Assembly (NCBI RefSeq): GCF_006345805.1
Contig: NC_042997.1
Location: 183,210,001-183,274,000, forward strand
Source: Octopus sinensis
Taxonomy: Eukaryota
Length of the DNA stretch: 64,000 bases
Direction of reading: 5' to 3'
The position numbers were made by a program, and so were the translations under genes. Below are positions 42,189 to 56,400 of the stretch, one piece after another (positions within the stretch are counted from its first letter, which is position 1; every line of letters begins with the position of its first letter). Below the pieces are notes generated by a model that ran no database searches, had not been told where the DNA came from, and was given only the letters and a program-made list of their open reading frames with translations.

Positions 42189-45100
42189 GCTCATGGAATA
42201 TAAACATTTGTTTGCATGTGCGAGTGTGTATGCATGCATATGCATGGGTGCTTGAATGTGTATATTTACTGTGATGTAGTCAAGTGACCAATAGTACCAT
42301 CGCCAACTCCCTTTACCCATCCCAGATTAATATTTATAACAACCACTGTCTCTCCTGAAAGACACCAACTATCTACAAATGTCTACCTCTTCTTTTTTTT
42401 CCCTCTCTTTTTCTTCATTCCTAACAATACATAATTTTCATTCTCAAATATTTGACCTCATTCTTTGCTTTTCTTACTTCTTGATTGTTTTATTTCTTCA
42501 AGCATTTGCTTTTATGTTCTGTTTTTCTGGCTTCTCCACTCATTTTCAACTCATATCTGCAGGGAGTTAACTTGAGAATCCCAAATGACAATGTAACATT
42601 CATGTAATTAAGGCAGTCTTGACCTAATGAATAGTTTAGCTGATTACCCCTCATTCAGTAATTATTACGTCAGAGGATCAGCTAGCTAAGCAACATATAT
42701 GGCCTGGATTTTATCCATTCTTCTCCTTCAATTTGGATTTTTATTTACATTTATAGGCGTAGGAGTGGCTGTGTGGTAAGTAGCTTGCTTATGAACCACA
42801 TGGTTCCAGGTTCAGTCCCACTGTGTGGCACCTTGGGCAAGTGTCTTCTACTATAGCCTCAGGCTGAACAAAGTCTTGTGAGTGGATTTGGTAGACAGAA
42901 ACTAAAAATTAGCCCGTCGTATATATGTGTATGTATATCTATGTGTGTGTCTGTGTTTGACCCCCATAACCACTTGACAACTGGTGTTGGTGTGTTTATG
43001 GCCTGATAACTTAGTGGTTTGGCAAAAAAAGACCGATAGAATAAGTTCTGGGGTTAATACTCTTGAGTCTGTAAATTCGTGTGTGTGTGTGTAAATATAC
43101 AATAATCATCAAATCATTTTCTGTAAAACAACCAGTTTGTCTTAATACTGTTTACATCATGTCTATTACTTTGTGTTGTGCCATCAATTTCATCCTCATC
43201 CATTGATAGAACATCTTCCAGAAGGATTTATTTCTTCTATAAACGAATTTAATTCCTTTTCTTAGAACAGCAGGACCAATTTCATTACAGGGACATGAAG
43301 GCTCCATTAGCTGTTGTGTGTTTGGTCTAGAGGGTAAGTTGATTTTTACTTTGAATTTCAGTCAAAACAAGTTTTAGTTTGTTTTAATTTGGCTGTCCAC
43401 CTGGACATTTCTATGATTTCCTACAAGCACACCATCCATCACAGTCACCCACATATGTTCTTAATTCGTCAACATTTGCCATTCCACTGTTTTGAAGCAA
43501 GTTGCCAACATAGGTTGGATGCTTTCTGCTGCTTGTTCTTCTTTCAACTGACCAATTGATGCACAGGTTCTTGTTACTTCTTTACTACCCACAAGGTGCT
43601 ACAGACAGAAGGGACAAACAAGGTCAGACAAATGGATTAAGTCGATTATATCGACCCCCAGTACGAAACCAGTACTTATTTAATCAACCCCGAAAGGATG
43701 AAAGGCAAAGTCGATCCTGGCGGAATTTGAACTCAGAATGTAGCAGCAGACGAGATACCTATTTCTTTACTACCCACAAGGGGCTAAACACAGAGAGGAC
43801 AAACAAGGACAGACAAACGGATTAAGTCGATTACATCAACCCCAGTGTGAAACTGGTACTTATTTAATCGACCCCAAAAGGATGAAAGGCAAAGTCAACC
43901 CCGAAGGAATTTGAACTCAGAATGTAGCAGCAGATGAAATACCTATTTTTTTACTACCCACAAGGGGCTAAACACAGAGAGGACAAACAAGGACAGACAA
44001 ACGGATTAAATCGATTATATTGACCCCATTGCAAAACTGGTACTTATTTAATTGACCCCGAAAGGATAAAAGGCAAAGTCGACCCCGGCAGAATTTGAAC
44101 TCGGAACGTAGCGGCAGACAAAATACCGCTAAGCATTTTGCCCGGCGTGCTAACGTTTCTGCCAGCTCGCCACCTTTAGCACAGGTTCTTCTGGGTGCCT
44201 GACACAATGATCAGCAATTCTCTTTCTTCTCTACTGAATCTTCTCGGTTACTTTGGGCAGACCTTGATGAAGCTGGTTGTTAGTTAAATGAGCTCTCCAT
44301 GTAATATTCAGAGCCATTCTTAACATTCTTGTGTAGCAGCCATCTAGTTGTCAAAACAAAGTTGATGTCAGACAATGAATCAACCAACTATCAAATGTGG
44401 TTGATTTGTTGTCAAGACATACTTCTTGATAAGCCAAACCTTTTATCATTGTACTATAACTGAACTGATTACACTCTCTACTATTTTACTCTTTTACTTG
44501 TTTCAGTCATTTGACTGCGGCCATGCTGGAGCACCACCTTTAATCGAGCAAATCAACCCCAGGATTTATTCTATCGGATCTCTTTTGCTGAACTGCAAAG
44601 TTACGGGGACGTAAACACACCAGCATCGGTTGTCAAGCGATGTTGGGGGACAAACACAGACACACAAACATACAGACACATACACATATATATATATACA
44701 TATATACGACGGGCTTCTTTCAGTTTCCGTTTACCAAATCCACTGACAAGGCTTTGGTCAGCCTGAGGCTATAGTAGAAGACATTTACCCAAGGTGTCAC
44801 GCAGTGGGACTGAACCCGGAACCATGTGGTTTGTAAGCAAGTTACTTACCACACAGCCACTCCTGCTCCTAGTATACTGTGTAACAAAATTTTAATTTTT
44901 TTGTCTTTAGTCAGTATTTCACATTTGCTTCTATCTAGAAATCAAAGGAAAGTATTACTATTCCCTTCGAACTTTGCTTTTGTGGCCTGGACATCAATGT
45001 TTTGAAACTGACCTATTTTCCATTATACTTCAGACAGATTCAATGCTGAGTTGCTGAAGCAGAAATATTATTATAGCAAATATTCTGCTCAGTACTACAG

Positions 45101-48100
45101 ATTTGCTTGCCAGTTGCTTGACCTTAACCACTTGAGCATGTCCCTTAGTGACTGACAATATGTGCTTCTCTGATTATGAGCAGGAGTAGTCGGGGAGCAT
45201 CATAGCCATATGTCAAGAAGAATTCTTTGGGATTTTAATAAATATCACAACAAAAGCAAAGTTTAAAGGAAATATTAGCCATTTTGCATACTTTGTAGGA
45301 GTAAGCAAATAGGAAATAACAGTTATTTCCCAAGGAGAAAAATTGTGTCACACAGCATTATTGTTTGTAAAACTACTGCTGCTGCTCTTTTTTCCATTAC
45401 TTCTGCTATGAATCCTTTGTAAACTTCTTTCCAGTTTCTTATTTCTTTATTGCCCACAAGGGGCTAGGCACAGAGGGGACAAACAAGGACAGACAAATGG
45501 ATTAAATTGATTACATCGACCGCAGTGCGTAACTGGTACTTATTTAATTGACCCCAAAAGGATGAAAGGCAAAGTTGACCTTGGCGGAATTTGAACTCAG
45601 AACGTAGTGGCAGACGAAATACCAATTTCTTTACTACCCACAAGGGGCTAAACACAGGGAGGACAAACAAGGACAGACAAACGGATTAAGTCAATTACAT
45701 CGACCCCAGTGCGTAACTGGTATTTATTTAATTGACCCTGAAAGGATGAAAGGCCAAGTCAACCTCAGCGTAATTTGAACTCAGAACGTAGCGGCAGGCA
45801 AAATACCTATTTCTTTACTACCCACAAGGAGCTAACCACAGGGAGGACAAACAAGGACAGATAAATGGATTATGTCGATTACATCAACCCCAGTGCGTAA
45901 GTGGTACTTATTTAATTGACCCCGAAAGGATGAAAGGCAAAGTTGACCTCGGCGGAATTTGAACTCAGAACGTAGCGGCAGACGAAATACCGCTAAGCAT
46001 TTTGCCCGGCGTGCTAATGGTTCTGCCAGCTTGCCACCTTTTCTTTCCAGTTTCTGTCTCCCAAATTCACATATAAAGCTTTGGTCAATCTGGGGCTATA
46101 GTAGAAGACACTAGCCACTTTACTGTGACTGGACCTGAAACCATACAAACTGCAAAGCTAAATTTTTAACTACACAACCATGACGACATCTCCACAGTCA
46201 TGTCTGCACTTATATATACATACATTAGTTATTAATGTTAGTGGAGGCACGTGACTTAGTGGTTAGGGTGTCAGCACAATGATCGTAAGATTGTGGTTTC
46301 GATTCCTGGACCGGGCAACGCATTGTGTTCTTGAGCAAAACACTTCATTTCATGTTGCTCCAGTCCACTCAGCTGGCATAAATGAGTAACGCTTCGATAG
46401 ACTGCCGTCCCGTCCAGCTGGGGAACACATATGCCATAGAAACCAGGAAACTGGGCCCATGAGCCTGGCTAGGCTTTAAAAGGGTGCAGAGAGAGAGAGA
46501 GAGTTATTAATGTTAGGAGGCACAAGCACTTAGACACACATGTACACACATGACAATAACTTCCACCTAACAAATTCACTCAAAAAGCTTCACTCAGTCC
46601 AAAGCTATAGTAGAAGACACTTGCCCAAGGTGCCACACAGTGGGACTGAACCTGAAACCATGTGGCAGGGAAGAAAGCTTCCTAACCACACAGCCATGCT
46701 CGTACCTACAGTCCAACCCATGTCAGCATGGAACGAGGATGTTAAATGATGATGATGATTAGTTATTAATGGTAGTCTCTCGAATTTGAGAAAGACAGTT
46801 TTGCGACTTCTTGCTGAATGCCTCGCGCAGATGATTTGTTTATAGGGATTCCAATACACTTTGTGGAGTGGTTGGCACTAGGAAGGCCATCCAGCTGTAG
46901 AAACCAAGTTAAAATAGACTATGGAACCTGGTGTGACTCCTAGCCTTGCCAGTTCCTGTCAAGCCATCCAACCAATGGTTGATGATGATGATGTTAGCTT
47001 ACTCCCTCTATCAAATCAACTTTGCCTGTACAAGTGCATGTTGTTTCACACATGAGATGTCAAAGTAATCACAGTAACATGAGATGAAGTGTTTTGCTCA
47101 AGAATATAAGGCACAGGTGATCTAGCAGCAACACACACACACACAAACATCCATACATGCCAAGGTAGACAGCATGGATTAGTGCAGCCTTTTGACTTGC
47201 CATTTCCTGTGGAACAATCCAACCCATCCAGTATGGAAAGCGAATGTTAAATGGGGATGATAATGGTGATTCTGCTGTGAATCCTTTGTAAACTTCTTTC
47301 CAGTTTCTATTTCTTTATTGCCCACAAGGGGCTAAACACAGAGGGGACAAACAAGGACAGACAAACGGATTAAGTCGATTACATCGACACAGTGCGTAAC
47401 TGGTACTTAATTTATCGACCCTGAAAGGATGAAAGGCAAAGTCGACCTCGGCGGAATTTGAACTCACAACGTAATGCAGACGAAATACCACTAAGCATTT
47501 TGCCCGGTGTGCTAACGTTTCTGCCAGCTCGCCACTTTTTCTTTTCAGTTTCTGTCTCCCAAATTCCCATATAACGCTTTGGTCAATCTGGGGCTATAGT
47601 AGAAGATACTAGCCACTTTACTGTCACTGATCCTGAAACCATACAAACTGCATTCAAATGTATTGGGTTTTCTGGAAAGTTTGTGCCAATTTTTAAAGGA
47701 AAGAAAAAGGTCAATAAATACTTGCCATTACATTTTTAATCAACCAAATATGAACCATTTTGCTGCACAATGCATCTCCATCTTTCCTTTAACTTGAAAA
47801 TATCCTCTTCCCAGAATTCAGGTGGTTTCATGGCAAAGAATTCATCAAGGTATCTTTTTATGTCATCTAAGGAATTGAAATTTTTACCATTAAGACTATT
47901 CTGCAGAGACCTGAATAAGTGGAAATCCAAAGGAGCAATATCTGGTGAATATGGAGGGTGGGGTAACACATCCCAGCTGAGCTGCAGCAATTTTTGTCTG
48001 ATTCCCAAAGCAATAAGCGCCGAAAATGAACTTTCTTATCTTCCATTTTAAAGGGTTGCAGAATTAACACAGGTTACAGGAACATAAACCTTCTTCCATG

Positions 48101-49048
48101 AAAAGATAGCTTAAACTGTGCTCTAAATGGAGGTGTGGTCAAATCCCATTTTATGGACTCAACCATGTTCTAAAATAAGTTAAAAGGTAAGCTACTATAA
48201 ATCGGCACAAAAACTTTCCGGACAACCCAATATATATGTGTCAAGTTCCAGGTTATATGATTCTATGGCTTGATTTCAATACTTTCTTGTTATGATTTCA
48301 TGTCACTTGTATTCCTAATGCTATTGAATAGGTTTTAGCATAACTTCCCTCATCAGCAATTGTTTGCTTTCAGTAGTATGCTTGTATTGAGAATCCTTGT
48401 ATGTACATATCTGGAGTATGTTTTGGCAGAGCCATTTTGATGTCACCTATTTGACATTGCCGATTCAACATTGACTTATTTGGCATCAGATGTTTTCATA
48501 TTTCTGTGTGTGTGTGTGTGTGTTTGCCTCCAGTTCCAAAAAGCACTATTGCCAAAACAGGCTGAATGTCCAGTCAGTCATGCCAAAGTGTCAGCATCCA
48601 AACAGCTGTAGCCTGTCATCCCATTCTGACATGTGTGTATGTACATGACAGCATTGACATGTATTCAAGCTATGGTCTATGCTAAGGTTTCTTGCTAAAA
48701 GGAGATTTCTTTCACTGATACTTGAAAAGTGTAATGAAGAATATCTTATTCTCAAGTCTTGCAATAAAAAAATTGAAAAATATAAGAAAAAAGCCTACTT
48801 TTACAAGAGACAACTTCTACAAATTTGTTTGTTTTTTTAACCATCATTAGTATTTTGTCATGTTTATTTTCTTATGAGTGATTTTTGTAACTGAATTTTG
48901 TTTCAGCAATCTCTGCTACTAGATTCTGTCTTTTACAGGAAAATGGCTTGTGACAGGGGGTTATGACAATTTAATCATCTTGTGGGATCTTACTGAATAT
49001 AGGGAGCAGTATAGATTAACTGTAAGTAGTTTTAAATTTATTATTCTC

Positions 49049-49088
<40 letters not shown>

Positions 49089-50400
49089 CAGCTATGCGTG
49101 TGTATCGTTAGCGATTTTCTTTCTCCATCTTCACTTCCTTGGACCTTTCCTTTTTCTATGTTTCTGACGAAGAGCTCCGCTCGAAACGTTAAATCCTCCT
49201 TCTTTCTTTCCTTTCCTGGGCGTCCAATAACACTATACTTGTTCCACGTCCTCGCGTTGTTGTGTTTTCTCTTTGTTCATGTTTGGATTAACTTTAATTG
49301 AAAAAATACATTTATGATGATATTGATGATAATTATGGGATGTGATATTGATTGGAATTTTAGCGTTGTTGTTGTTGTTATATAGTCCCAAATCATTTCT
49401 GATTGACTATCACAGGTAGACAACTGAAAGCCTAGGCCCTCTGGTTTATTATTCTAGATGTACCATGCCTCCAACAAACTAAAGACCAGGGCTTGGTTAG
49501 CCTCCAGTCAACTGAGCAGTAATTAATTTTATGGGATGCATTGCGACACTTTGGACATGTACTCATTCTCTTAATGTCCTGTGGTAGTGATAATGCTTAT
49601 GAGAGAAGTATTGGTAGTGATGACTGGGAAGATAATCATAATGATAGCCATGACTAGAAGCATAGTAGAGATGATTGGTTATATTGATAGTAGTGGAAGA
49701 AGTATTGTAATGATAATGATGGTGGTGGTGACAGCAATGATGAGTGTAGTTATGTTGATAGTTGAAGTAGTGGTATAATAATAATAATGATGATAATAAT
49801 AATAATAATGATAATAATAATAATAACAATAATAATAATAATAATTGCCCTGATACAGTACCAGACAGTGGCTCTCATGGCTTCTGATCTTAACTGATTG
49901 GAAGTGTTATCATGTACATTGTTTTGTCTTGGTATAAAAGATGGGCTACAGCAAATATTCTGCTCAATACCACAGATTTGCTTGTCAGTTGTTTGACCTT
50001 AACCAGTTGAGCATGTCCCTTAGTGGCTGACGATATGTGCATCTCTGATCATGAGCAGAAGTTGTGGGAGAGCATCATAGCCATATGTTGAGAGGGATTC
50101 TTTGGGGTTTGAATAATTCACCTCTGGAAACATGGGTGTTTCATTCAACATCCTTAAACAACCCTTATTCAGGGACCTTTTGAGCGGGATGGGCTACTCG
50201 ACCAGATGAAAATTCTAACTGGGCCCCACCTGCAAGGTCATGTGCTGTTTGTCTTGATATGAGATCACCATGTCGCGCACATATGGTTGTGATGCATGTA
50301 CCTGTTGTACCCTTATCAGACGGGTAGTCATGATGGGTATATTGGGCTTCGTATATTTTACCCCAGTGTCGCTTCGATGGCATACAGTACTCTCTCACTC

Positions 50401-50442
<42 letters not shown>

Positions 50443-53400
50443 AATAATGATAATGATAATGATAATAATAATGATAATGATAATAATAATGATAATAATA
50501 ATAATGATAATAATAATAATAATAATAGGTGGGTGCAGTAATGTTAGTGATTGTAGTTATAATAGGAGTGGTATGATAATTATGATGATGAGTTTAATGC
50601 TATTTATTTTCTATTTAATTACTTTCTGTTGGTTTGGTCAGGGAGATGGAACTGTAGCTACGACCTTTGCAAAGTACTATTTGCAGTATATTTCAGGTTT
50701 TTAGTTGCATGTTGTTTGTATTTAGAGTTGAGGTATGATATTGTTGTACTGTGAGGGATTGTGTTGTGTTGTACTGTGAGGGATTGTGTTGTGTTGTTGA
50801 AAGAGACAAGTTCAACATGACCCCAGTGGAAAGTGTTTTCAAGGTCTCTGTTTATGGAACCTTTGTAGATTTGGTGTAAAGTGTCAAGGTTACGTGTGGA
50901 TAACACTTGAAGGCAGAAAGTTAGGGAGGAATAAAGGGGGATATCATAAAGGGTGTTGTTAGTCGTAATGGCAAGTAGGTTTTGATGCACAAAAGGAAGA
51001 ATGTGAAGGACAAGGTCCAACCATTGGGCATACCAAAGTTGATGGAGTATGAGTCCGAGAGAACTCCATGAGCACACACTGCAATAGTGTAATTTGAGAG
51101 GAAGCCGATGAGACAAGAGACAGATAGTCTTTAAGAAGGTAATCTTCGCTCAAGATTTGGATGTTAGACATAATCAAATTCCTTGCTAATGTCTAGGGCA
51201 AGAACATTGTTTTCACCAAATTTATTGGAGAGGAATCAAAATCAAATTCGATGACTGGCATCCGTGCTAGCAGGGTGCAAAGAGCACCATATGAGTGTGA
51301 TCGTTGACTGAGTGGCTAACCGGCTTCCGTGCCAGTGGCACATAAAAGGCACCATTCAAATGTGATTGTTACCAGCGTCGCCTTACTGGCACTTGAGCCT
51401 CGTGCTAGTAGGGTGCTAAGAGCACCATCCAAACAGGATCATTGCCAGAGCAGCTAACTGGTTACCGTGCCGGTGGCACACAAGAGGCACCATTCGAGCG
51501 TGATTATTACCAGCATTGTCTTACTGGCACCTGTGCTGGTGGCATGTGTAAAAAGCACCCACTGCACTCTTGGAGTGGTTGGCGTTAGGAAGGGCATCCA
51601 GCTGTAGAAACTCTGCCAGATCAAGATTGGAGCCTGGTGCAGCCATCTCGTTTGCCAGCCCTCAGTCAAATCGTCCAACCCATGCTAACATGGAAAGCAG
51701 ACGTTAAATGATGATGATGAGGATGATGATGAGAGCTCGCTGGTGAGTGACATAAAAAAGCATGACCCTAGTAGATCTGGTTTTATAGCACCATCATTCT
51801 TGAGATGTTCAAAGTGAGAGCAATAGATTTATAGTTGGCAGGGTTTGTTTTCAAAATAGGAATAGATCCCTGGAAAGAGATGGAGAGCTTGAAGAAATCG
51901 TTGGGGAAATCTAGCTCTGGGGCAGTTTGAGAGTAATGGAATTACTTTGTCAGGAATGGCAACCTTTTGGTTTGAAGTGATCAGAGACCCTTTTGCACTT
52001 GTTGTTTATATGTACATATTGATTAGATTGGTGTAGATGAGATCAGGAAAATCCTGCTACTAGTACCATGTAACCCAATACTCCATTTCATGGCTGGGTG
52101 GTGGTGGGTGACTAAACTGGCTCCTCTTCCTGGCTTGCCAAGTGAGGAGAGTATTGTAGACATCTAGGAGGACTAAAGACCTGAGAAAGGATGGATGAGC
52201 TCATTGTGAGCCAATGGCCATCCATACAAGCAATGTCTTGTAAAAACATCTTGCATGTGGGCTGGAAAACTGTGCAGTTGGTCCAAGCCCATACCAATGA
52301 AAACTCCAGTAAAAGACACAGCTGGAGAGAGATGGCTCTAGAGCTGTATCTAATGTGGAGTTGGTTGTAAAGCTGGCAGCAAATGTGGAGGCTTTGTTTG
52401 TGAGAATATTGCATTTTGGTTAATCAGTGGAAGGCTGATTCCTAAAAGCAGGTAAGATCCTTTTGATGGCGGGGGGGATAATAATTAGCTCATATCTGCC
52501 AATTGACTTGTCAGTGTCCTGAAGGTGTGGGCTGTTGCATAGTGGTAATGGTGGTTCTAATTTAATCATTGAACCTGATTTTCTCCCCTCCATACACATG
52601 CAAGCATGTATCTGACTCATACACTGTTCACTTTCCAGACATTTGTACGTTACCTCATATGCTTTATATGTACTTTTGACAAGTTGTGGTGCACCTGAGC
52701 ATGGTATACAATAATTTCATTATTATTATTATTATTATGAAAACCCTTTTATCTTTCAGGAACATATCAATTGGATTCATGGTGTTGATATTGCTAAAAG
52801 CCAGCGTTCTATACTTTCCTGTTCTCGGGTAAGAAACCTTATCAAAATGTTTATTTCACCATATAATGTCTGAGAAAGACTATGAAAGTAAAAGTGAGCT
52901 GCAAGAAGAAGAAGAAGGCAGAGACAGTTACATCAGAGTGGTGGGAAAGGTGAAGGGTGGTTACCTTCTTTTAGACTGCACTTCCTTAATTCCTTAAACA
53001 AAAAGGAAATGATTATCTACCCTTTAAAATGTTTCATTTGGCTTGATATCTTAAATATTCTATCTTCCCAACTACAACAATTAAACCTGTATATATCAAT
53101 TTTGATATTATTTCTGCTTGCAAAAAAAAAATGTAAGTTGATCTTGGAAAACCTTTAGTTTAAAAATTGATTTAGTTAATACTCTTTTACTTGTTTCAGT
53201 CATTTGACTTTGACCATGCTGGAGCACCGTCTGTAGTCAAGCAAATCACCCCCAGGACTTATTCTTTGTAAGCCTAGTGCTCATTCTACCGGTCTCTTTT
53301 GCCGAACCGCTAAGTTACGGAGATGTAAACACACCAGCATCAGTTGTCAAGCGATGGGGGGTGGGGAAGCACAGACACACAAGCATATACACACACATAC

Positions 53401-56400
53401 ACATACATACATATATACGACAGGCTTCTTTCAGTTTCCGTCTACCAAATTCACTCACAAAGCTTTGGTCGGCCTTGGCTATAGTAGAAGACACTTGCCC
53501 AAGGTGCCATGCAGTGGGACTGAACCCAGAACCATGTGGTTCGTAAGCAAGCTACTTACCACACAGCCACTCCTATGCCTAATTTTTTTTATAATATTGA
53601 TTTCTTTTGATAACCTTCCATTGCAACCATACATCTATAGAGGCTAGTCTTGCTCTTTAAAGTTGAAAATTACTTCAGCTCTGAGCACCTACAGACCCTA
53701 TACATAATATAAGTGAGTCCAACATGAGACTAAAGCTCACATATCCAGACAGTGGAACACAACAATATTCTACATCATGTTCCCCTAAAAAGACCATCAG
53801 CATGTCAGACAGTTCATGTTCTTGCAATACATCAATGTACTTCGTTATTTTATTGCTAACTAAATTCAGTCAGAAAATTTACTATCTCTTTGGTCCTTTT
53901 CCAGAAATGGTTGCTATCGCTCATAGTTAAGGACGATGTCCATTTTGTGGTGTCATGTATTTAGTATAGAGTTTAACACAAAATTATAATAAGAAGCAGA
54001 ATCCGGAGATGATTGGGGCCTCCTGGTTTAAGTTTTGGAGTGGTTTCTTCAGACTCTTAGTGAAGGAGTTAAATTGTCTTATAAGCTATGAAAGTCACTC
54101 ATAGCTTTTGCAATACCGATGTTGCTTAGTAATATTTTCTGTGTCACTTGGTGGACAGGGCGATTTATGAGTTAAGTATCGTGATCACAGATCCAATTCA
54201 TTTTTTGTCCCTTTATAATAGAAAACTGAAACTCTTTAATGATACATTTGTTTTATATTATCTGGGTATTGAATCAACAACAAAGCTTCTACAGATCACT
54301 TAACCTGCTGGAAATAGCAGTCAAATCTCTTTCATATTACACTCTATTGTCTTAAAGAATACATTGGATAAAATACTCAAAGATACACTGGAAACATTTT
54401 TTCATGCTAAGAGTTGCTGAAGCATGGAACAAACTGCTGGCATCAGTTGTTAGTTGTCGGAGCAGTGCATCCTTCAAAACTTCCATGCTTTCTGAGATTC
54501 GCCAACACTACACCTGATTTTCTCCCCTCCATACACACGCAAGCATGTATCTGACTCATACACTATTCACTTCCCAGACACTTGTACATTATTGCATATG
54601 CTTTATACACACTTTTGACAAGTTGTGGTGCACCTGGGCACTGTATACAATAATTTCATTATTATTATTATATCTGAAAAAGAAAGGGGTTATAGTCATC
54701 CCTATGAGAACACCTTTGATCTATGATCAAAGGCATTCTGGTAGGGACTAATGAGCTGATCATAGATTGCTCATTCAAAGATGGTCTGGGGCTAAAAACA
54801 CAAATCATACCATCCATTCACTTTATGTCTTTTTATATGTATTTTCACCTACCTGCTATATGATGTGTTTTCATCTATCCAATATGTGTTTTAATTTTCC
54901 AACAATATCATGTTACGTGTATTTTAATTGAATGCAAATCATATATTCATATTACATGTCCATATTACTCCCATACCAAACTATTTTTTTATAACCATCT
55001 TATATTCTAATGTTAGGACCGTACTATCCGAGTCTGGGACATTGATAATATCAGTTCCATATCAGCATTACTACCTGGAAATGATTTTATTCCTAGAGTA
55101 TTACAGGTAAGTTAATCTTATTACCTCTTTGAAGACCAATAAAATAATAAATGCGCCCTTTTAAAGCCTAGATAGGCTCATGGGCCCGGTTTCCATGGCA
55201 TATGTGTTCCCCAGCTGGACAGGACACCAGTCCATCGCAGCGTCACTCATTTTTACCAGCTGAGTGAACTGGAGCAATGTGAATCGAAGTGTTTTGCTCA
55301 AGAACACAACGCATCGCCTGGTCCAGGAATTGAAACCACAATCTTATGATCATGGTGCTGACACTGTAACCACTAAGCTATGAGCCTCCACCTGCGCCAT
55401 TTTAAAGCCTAACCAGGCTCATGGGCCTGGTTTCCCAGTTTTAATGGCGTATGTGTTCCCCAGCTGGACAGGATGCCAGTCCATCACAGCGTTACTCATT
55501 TTTGCCAGCTGAGTGGAGTGGAGCAATGTGAAATGAAGTGTTTTGCTCAAGAACACATGTTGCCCAGTCCAGGAATCAAAACCACAATCTTACGATCATG
55601 ATGCTGACACCCTAACCACTTAGCCATGCGCCTCCAGTTTGAAGACCAAGGCAACATTTATTTATCCATTAAAAAGACAACTGCTTTCATGAGACAAAAT
55701 GCTTGTAGCAAGTTGATTTTGGTGGGATTCAAGTTCAGAATGTAAAAGGCCATTATTTATATACTACAAGATATTTTATCTAATGATTCTGTGGTATCTA
55801 ATATCTAATCATCATCGTTTAACATTTGGTTTCCGTGCTAGCACGGGTTGGACGGTTTGACCGGGGTCTGGGAAGCCATGAGGCTGCACCAGGCTCCAGT
55901 CCGACCTGGCAGTGTTTCTACTGCTGGATGCCCTTCCTAATGCCAACCACTCCGTGAGTGTAGTGGGTGCTTTTTACGTGCCACCGGCATGGGTGCCAGG
56001 GGAGGCTGGCAAATGGCCACGATCAGTTGGTGCTTTTTATGTGCTACCGACATGGAAGCCAGTCAAGGCAGCGCTGGCATCGGCCACGTTCAGATGGTGC
56101 TTTTTATATGCCACCGGCACAGGTATCACAACTACAATTTCCATTTGATATTTATTTTGAAATCTGATGATACAGTCAACATTAAGACACTAGAAGTTAA
56201 TTAAATCAACACTACAAACTAACTTTTCTTCTTTTTGTAGACCTCTAACACCATTTTCCACATCCAGCATATCAAATCATTAAAATTTAGGTTACACTGC
56301 TTTTGTTCAATTTGTTTGAATGTCCACATTAAAATCTAAGATACTACTGAAACTAGTAAATCCATATTGTTTATCAATGATTACAGAATAAAAGAGAAAA

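Noticed and set aside
49846-49925. HDV-like ribozyme at the 5' end of the AAT-embedded repeat
   Set aside because: A 9-bp hairpin is present, but I could not build the P1/P2/P3 nested pseudoknot or the J4/2 catalytic C.
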